A DNA stretch of 62,723 nucleotides, from IMG/VR virus record IMGVR_UViG_3300044700_000299, positions 1 through 62,723 of that record. One strand, 5' to 3'. The DNA comes from a virus (Duplodnaviria; Caudoviricetes). Shown here in pieces: positions 58,103-62,723 of this stretch (position 1 is the first letter of the stretch; every line of letters begins with the position of its first letter). The notes under the pieces were generated by a model, which did no database searches, had not been told where the DNA came from, and saw nothing but the letters and a program-made list of their open reading frames with translations. A program made the position numbers and the translations under genes.

Positions 58103-58588
58103 ATGAACTTATACGAAACATATCTTAATACTAAATCATCAGGTTCAGTTGAAGATAGAATTGAGGTGATGAACGACATCATCAGACAAAATCCTAAGTT
58201 AATGGATTATATTGAAACCAAGATTGATTCCTGTTATGGGACTCACATTGTTTACTTGGTTAATATGAGGGTTAACGGTGAAGATATGTTGAAGATAGGT
58301 TATACCAAGAATTCTGTCGATGGTAGATTCGGAGAACATAGATATGCCGGAAGAGATAGTTTGGAGATTGTTGAGAAAATCCGTGAGGAGAAGTTACAAG
58401 CCAAAGGTGCTATAGAGTTTGAAAAATCACTTAAAGAGAAGTTTAAAGACTTCAAAATCACAACTGATTTGACACTACCCGGTAAAGGTGAGTTCTATGA
58501 TATCGTTTTCTATGATGAAATGATAAGGGTATACGATGAAGAATATCCCAAATTTATAAATGTTATCGGTTTAAAGTCCCCTAATTAA
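58103..58588 (+). CDS. GIY-YIG / T5orf172-like protein
   Basis: VYLV, LKIGYT, RF, FE, G..EFY. Confidence 0.6.
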   Translation: MNLYETYLNTKSSGSVEDRIEVMNDIIRQNPKLMDYIETKIDSCYGTHIVYLVNMRVNGEDMLKIGYTKNSVDGRFGEHRYAGRDSLEIVEKIREEKLQAKGAIEFEKSLKEKFKDFKITTDLTLPGKGEFYDIVFYDEMIRVYDEEYPKFINVIGLKSPN

Positions 58589-58609
58589 TGTTAGGGGATA
58601 TTTATTTAT

Positions 58610-59161
58610 ATGAAAATATTAATTACCGAGAATAATTTAAAGACTGCGATATTCAAATACTTTGACTTGATGAAAGGAAAAGGTAAAGAACCGTCAGTTA
58701 ATAAAACTCTTCCTAAGTTATTTCAAATAGATGAATATATTTTATTTGGTTACCTTATTGATTATTTGGGTGGTGAGACAAAGGCTATTGAATTAACTAG
58801 GTCAAAGTTAAAACAGTTACCTGATAGAATTAAAATCATTGATTCTCAATTTAATGGTGAACTTTATTTTAGTATAGTTGATATTGCCCGTGAAATACCT
58901 GAATATGAAGACGCTTTACCCGTTGATGTTGATGTATACGGTGATGTGTATGGTGTTGATGTTTGGAATCATGAGAATGATGAATATGATTATGTTGAAA
59001 AAATATCATTATCTGATTTTTACGAATATGAAGATATGTCAGGTTGTTGGGAAATTAGGGAGACTTTTATGTCGGATATAAATAGTCAATTATTTGAAAT
59101 GGTAACTAGACAAACAGGAATACCACTAGATGTTGGTCAATTATCAATAATTGATGGATAA
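58610..59161 (+). CDS. Putative virion protein (MKILITE leader)
   Basis: TATTTAT-TTAT-ATG start. Confidence 0.65.
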   Translation: MKILITENNLKTAIFKYFDLMKGKGKEPSVNKTLPKLFQIDEYILFGYLIDYLGGETKAIELTRSKLKQLPDRIKIIDSQFNGELYFSIVDIAREIPEYEDALPVDVDVYGDVYGVDVWNHENDEYDYVEKISLSDFYEYEDMSGCWEIRETFMSDINSQLFEMVTRQTGIPLDVGQLSIIDG

Positions 59162-59163
59162 AG

Positions 59164-59194
59164 AAAACCCCCAACATAACATTGGGGGTTTTTT
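59164..59194. terminator. Bidirectional ACCCCCAA-type terminator
   Basis: AAAACCCCCAA-cataaca-TTGGGGGTTTTTT. Confidence 0.8.
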
Positions 59195-59196
59195 AT

Positions 59197-59718
59197 TTAT
59201 AGTTTACATAAAACTATATCATTGAATTTATACATTGGGGTTCCTTCAGTTTCTAAGATATCAATTCGATTCACATATCTTTTATTCATTGTGTCGGCAA
59301 CTTTATATATACCTGATTTTTTACCGGCATTAGTAATCAAAACCTCATCACCATAATTAAATTGACCTCCCCATCTTTTTAATAAGTTACGACTCATTGC
59401 TATCCATTTATGTTGACTAGCCTTTTTTGGGTTTATCTTATACATTCCCGCAGTCACTAATGGGTCTTTATCACATTGTTTAACAACGGGGTAATACATT
59501 GTTGCCGTAAGATGTTTTAAGACTTTTTTAGATTTCTTCAACGTCTTGAATTGGACGGTCACTTCAAATGATTTTGGTTTTTCAACCTTTGACACAGTTT
59601 CTGTTTTGTGTTTCTCATTTAATTCCTTGGCTAAGTTCATCATATAGACTACATAGGAATGGTAATACATACCTAACACTAAAATAACACTCGATTTAAA
59701 AAGCTCTTTAAGATTCAT
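59197..59718 (-). CDS. 3D-domain (MltA-like) cell-wall protein with N-terminal anchor
   Basis: T.T.Y, QCD.DP..TA, IA.SR, G...V.DTMN.R...RIDI. Confidence 0.75.
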   Translation of the reverse strand: MNLKELFKSSVILVLGMYYHSYVVYMMNLAKELNEKHKTETVSKVEKPKSFEVTVQFKTLKKSKKVLKHLTATMYYPVVKQCDKDPLVTAGMYKINPKKASQHKWIAMSRNLLKRWGGQFNYGDEVLITNAGKKSGIYKVADTMNKRYVNRIDILETEGTPMYKFNDIVLCKL

Positions 59719-59813
59719 AGTATTTAAGTTTATTGGTTACGAATACGAATATACTTAATATTTAAAATTTGGGGGTATTTTAATTTCCGAAATAAATCAC
59801 TATAATTAGAGAT

Positions 59814-60200
59814 ATGAGTAGAGTTAATTTAATTGCATCAACAGGGTTAATCTTCAATGAAGATAAGTCAATGGTATTAGGTGTGTCACGTAAAGACGAT
59901 AAAACTAAATTTGGTTTACCTGGTGGTAAGGTTGATGAAGGTGAAACAATGTATGAAGCATTGGTTAGAGAGTTGAAAGAAGAAACAGGGTTGGATGTTA
60001 TTAAGTCGGTCCCGATATATTTCAGAGAAGATGGTATATACGTGACCGTGGTTTATTTGATTAGTGAATATTCAGGGGATATTTATACAGAAGAGGCTGG
60101 TGTTGTTAAATGGGTTACATTTGAAGAATTGAAACACGGTGCGTTTTCAGAATACAATACAATGTTGGAGGAACATTTGAAATTTATAAATTTCATATAA
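59814..60200 (+). CDS. NUDIX hydrolase
   Basis: LPGGKVDEGETMYEALVRELKEETG. Confidence 0.92.
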   Translation: MSRVNLIASTGLIFNEDKSMVLGVSRKDDKTKFGLPGGKVDEGETMYEALVRELKEETGLDVIKSVPIYFREDGIYVTVVYLISEYSGDIYTEEAGVVKWVTFEELKHGAFSEYNTMLEEHLKFINFI

Positions 60201-60215
60201 ATTTTATCTCAAGTG

Positions 60216-60245
60216 TTGTGGGTTAACAAAAGATAGTTATATTTG
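60216..60245 (+). promoter_or_regulatory. Bacteroidota-type promoter of the repeat RNA
   Basis: TTG-N19-TATATTTG. Confidence 0.65.
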
Positions 60246-60249
60246 TAGT

Positions 60250-60475
60250 GTGTGAGTGTCACACAGGATGTCAGAACTCCTAACTTACAATCTGACCACT
60301 AAGTATCAGGTGAGGTGATACGGGTTGATTACCCCAACTTAATAAGTGAAACAATCAGGATGTCAGAACTCCTAACTTACAATCTGACCACTAAGAATCG
60401 GGTGAGGCGGTTCGGGTTAAACACCTCAATCCAAAGGATGAAATTTAAACCCCCAAGTAACATTGGGGGTTTTTT
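60250..60475 (+). ncRNA. Candidate ncRNA made of two structured repeats, 92-nt period
   Basis: 40-nt identical block at 60264-60303 and 60356-60395, then covarying hairpins; flanked by promoter and terminator. Confidence 0.65.
60447..60475 (+). terminator. ACCCCCAA-type terminator
   Basis: AAACCCCCAA-gtaaca-TTGGGGGTTTTTT. Confidence 0.8.
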
Positions 60476-60497
60476 CTTTTACATAATATTTATTGAT

Positions 60498-60983
60498 ATG
60501 AAAATATTAATTACTGAAAATAAACTTGATAAATTAATTGAGAAATACGGGATTGTCAAAACAATTAAAAACATAGGTGGATACGATAATTTTGATAAAC
60601 TCGCACCTGATTATTTTTATTCTCGTGATGAAAATAATGTGATGAAGTTTAACAAAGAACGTGCGATTGATTTCATTAATGAATGTGTTGAGGTTAATAA
60701 CAAAAGAGAAGATGAATCTAGTATATATCTTTATGATTATTATAGTGATATCTTATATCAAGAGTGGGATGGTGAAGGTGATGATGATAATGAATTTTAC
60801 GCTTATGAGTCTAGAATTGAATCGGTTAGTACTGATATTGCTTACGGTTCAATTTGGCAATTTGATGATGAAGGTCAAATGTTTGACGACGCATACGACA
60901 ATTTTCAAGTTCCCCTGAATAGATTACCGGAAAAGATTCTTAGGGATGTTTTTCATATGTTATATGAAAGTTTTAAAGTATGA
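60498..60983 (+). CDS. Putative virion protein (MKILITE leader)
   Basis: TATTTAT-TGAT-ATG start; the track's upstream extension crosses a terminator. Confidence 0.7.
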   Translation: MKILITENKLDKLIEKYGIVKTIKNIGGYDNFDKLAPDYFYSRDENNVMKFNKERAIDFINECVEVNNKREDESSIYLYDYYSDILYQEWDGEGDDDNEFYAYESRIESVSTDIAYGSIWQFDDEGQMFDDAYDNFQVPLNRLPEKILRDVFHMLYESFKV

Positions 60984-61456
60984 AGTTATTAAAATTATTA
61001 TCGACATTAATTACTGAAGGTAAGTTATTGGATAGATTCGTCATCAATGGTCTTGTAGTTGATATAACAAGTACTCACGAATCTGATGTTGCGGTAATGG
61101 ATAACACAACATTCGGTAGAGTTTCCAAAGAAGAAATATTAGAATCAATGAGAGATATCATTGAGGTTATTGTAACACAAGGATTGGTAGTGTTAGATAC
61201 TTGTGAAAGAAGATGTGGGTTATTAGTTAGTGATTATTCAATGGGGTTTGATTACCAACTTTGGGTAACAATGAAAACTAATAATTTAGAATTGAAAATT
61301 AACACATCAATTAAACACCCAAAAGAGTTATTCAACAATAAATTCAAAACAAGACGTGTTATCGTAACTAGAGACGGTGAAACCGTTATCAGAGAATCAT
61401 TAGAACATTATCGTTCAGTTAAAATCGGAAAAAAAATCGTTTATTTTATAGACTAA
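60980..61456 (+). CDS. Putative virion protein (LITE leader)
   Basis: ATGA overlap; MKLLKLLSTLITEG. Confidence 0.65.
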   Translation: MKLLKLLSTLITEGKLLDRFVINGLVVDITSTHESDVAVMDNTTFGRVSKEEILESMRDIIEVIVTQGLVVLDTCERRCGLLVSDYSMGFDYQLWVTMKTNNLELKINTSIKHPKELFNNKFKTRRVIVTRDGETVIRESLEHYRSVKIGKKIVYFID

Positions 61457-61492
61457 ATCGTAATTTATCTATAACTTTAGTCATAAAAAGAT

Positions 61493-61693
61493 ATGACAAT
61501 AAATGTTATAGCAAAGTTCGATTTAAATTCTTCTTTGCACGAAGCGAAACAAAGATGTTTTTGGTTTATTGATGGTGTCGGTAAACACGGGTTAACTGTT
61601 GATATGTTTAGTCAAATGTCAACCGAAACTATTTGTGAAATCTACAATGTGGATATAAGTTATTTTAGATTAAATACTAAAGATTATGAATAA
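61493..61693 (+). CDS. Hypothetical protein
   Basis: Short ORF. Confidence 0.5.
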   Translation: MTINVIAKFDLNSSLHEAKQRCFWFIDGVGKHGLTVDMFSQMSTETICEIYNVDISYFRLNTKDYE

Positions 61694-61883
61694 ACATAGA
61701 ATAAACATCGTTAACAAACAGGGTAGTAAGTTAATACATAAGAATGACTTAGATAGTTGTTTGGAAAATTTATCAATAGCCCATTTTTATTTATCAAAAC
61801 ACTTAAAAGGTAAAAATGATATGGGGTTGTTAACTAATATATTAAACTCATCGTATGAGATAAAAAAACATTTTAATAAATAG
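61686..61883 (+). CDS. Hypothetical protein
   Basis: Short overlapping ORF. Confidence 0.5.
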   Translation: MNKHRINIVNKQGSKLIHKNDLDSCLENLSIAHFYLSKHLKGKNDMGLLTNILNSSYEIKKHFNK

Positions 61884-62294
61884 ATGGAAAGAAAAGTTGG
61901 GTTTACATGTTCCTGTTTTGATTTATTTCATGCGGGACATATTATGATGTTAAAAGAGGCGAAAAGTGTTTGTGATTATTTAATTGTTGGTCTACAGAGT
62001 GACCCCACATTAGATAGACCTGAGAAAAATAAACCCGTCCAAAGTATTGTTGAACGATACATTCAATTAGAAGCCTGTAGGTATGTTGATGAGATTGTTG
62101 TTTACGCAACCGAAAAAGATTTAATGGATGTTCTATTATCCTACCCAATCAACATTAGAATTGTTGGTGAAGAATATGCTGAAGTTAATTTTACCGGTAA
62201 AGATTTATCCCACATTGAAAATTATTATAATAAAAGGAGACATTCATTTTCAACAACTGAGTTACGTAAAAGAGTAATTATGTTGGATAAATAA
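61884..62294 (+). CDS. Cytidylyltransferase (TagD/glycerol-3-phosphate CT-like)
   Basis: FDLFHAGH, LIVG, YVDE, R...STT. Confidence 0.88.
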   Translation: MERKVGFTCSCFDLFHAGHIMMLKEAKSVCDYLIVGLQSDPTLDRPEKNKPVQSIVERYIQLEACRYVDEIVVYATEKDLMDVLLSYPINIRIVGEEYAEVNFTGKDLSHIENYYNKRRHSFSTTELRKRVIMLDK

Positions 62295-62316
62295 TCTGTT
62301 TATCATATTTATTAAT

Positions 62317-62723
62317 ATGGACAAGAAAGCGTTACTTAGAAAAAGAATAGATGAAAAAGGATTAGACGATGTTAGTAAATTAATTAGAATGCCTGTATTC
62401 CAATTAATTGATTTTTGTGATTATCCGATTAACACACCAAAAGTAATACACGAAATTCTTTACAGTTACTTTAAAACTATTTCAGATTTACCTGGTGGTG
62501 GTATCTATTATAAGGAATATGCAATAAGATATGAAAATTTTGAAGGTTTATTGACTTGGAATGATGGATTATTTGTGGATAAAAATGGAGGTGGAATTTC
62601 ATTTGAAATTTATGCAACACCATTTTATGATGGGGAACCTGTAGTACCGATTGCTATTAGTAATGTTTGGGGTGATAATATTGATGGTGATGATGTTATG
62701 ATTCTTACTGATGAGATTCCTGA
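62317..62723 (+). CDS. Hypothetical protein, truncated by the window end
   Basis: TATTTAT-TAAT-ATG; frame open to the end; YATPFYDG. Confidence 0.65.
   Translation, partial: MDKKALLRKRIDEKGLDDVSKLIRMPVFQLIDFCDYPINTPKVIHEILYSYFKTISDLPGGGIYYKEYAIRYENFEGLLTWNDGLFVDKNGGGISFEIYATPFYDGEPVVPIAISNVWGDNIDGDDVMILTDEIP

Noticed and set aside
60264-60395. CRISPR mini-array
   Set aside because: Only two repeats, the would-be spacers are homologous to each other with covariation, and no cas genes are present
60315-60497. N-terminal extension of the 222-aa track ORF
   Set aside because: Runs through the repeat RNA and a terminator; TATTTAT-N4-ATG and the MKILITE leader mark 60498 as the start
878-62148. 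Antisense and alternate-frame ORFs in the track (e.g. 878, 3541, 11960, 18455, 32533, 45608, 50040, 61942)
   Set aside because: Nested in better-supported genes, shadow-like composition, no promoter signals
1-62723. tRNA, tmRNA, rRNA, integrase or transposase
   Set aside because: None recognised by eye; a covariance-model scan is needed to exclude RNAs
1-62723. Stop-codon reassignment
   Set aside because: Conserved genes are full length in the standard code and TAA, TAG and TGA all end genes

Overview
AT-rich (about 30% GC by eye), gene-dense segment of a large tailed dsDNA phage, read in the standard genetic code. The host is very probably Bacteroidota: many TTG-N18-20-TAnnTTTG promoters, no Shine-Dalgarno motifs, and a Bacteroidota-type histone-H1-like protein. 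Recognisable genes include SbcD/SbcC, an RpoD-like sigma factor, DnaJ, two DNA methyltransferases, DUF932, PcfJ-like, thioredoxin/glutaredoxin, SmpB, DUF192, SPFH, RmlC, HAD, NUDIX, GT2, LpxH-like, a cytidylyltransferase, several cell-wall enzymes and a glycine-rich tail-fibre-like island. Main findings: (1) a second promoter class (TATTTAT) that tracks with unrelated proteins sharing short N-terminal leaders ending in [LI]-x-E, resembling a capsid-targeting/prohead-protease cargo system; (2) a DIP1984/DUF6847-like gene followed by a structured RNA with a 7-nt-periodic TYAA array; (3) a stand-alone two-copy structured RNA with compensatory changes; (4) an unannotated ArfA-like peptide near smpB; (5) a degenerate MetK-like protein; (6) hairpins with promoters in their loops; (7) apparent GATC avoidance. 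All family calls come from motif recognition by eye; no searches were run.
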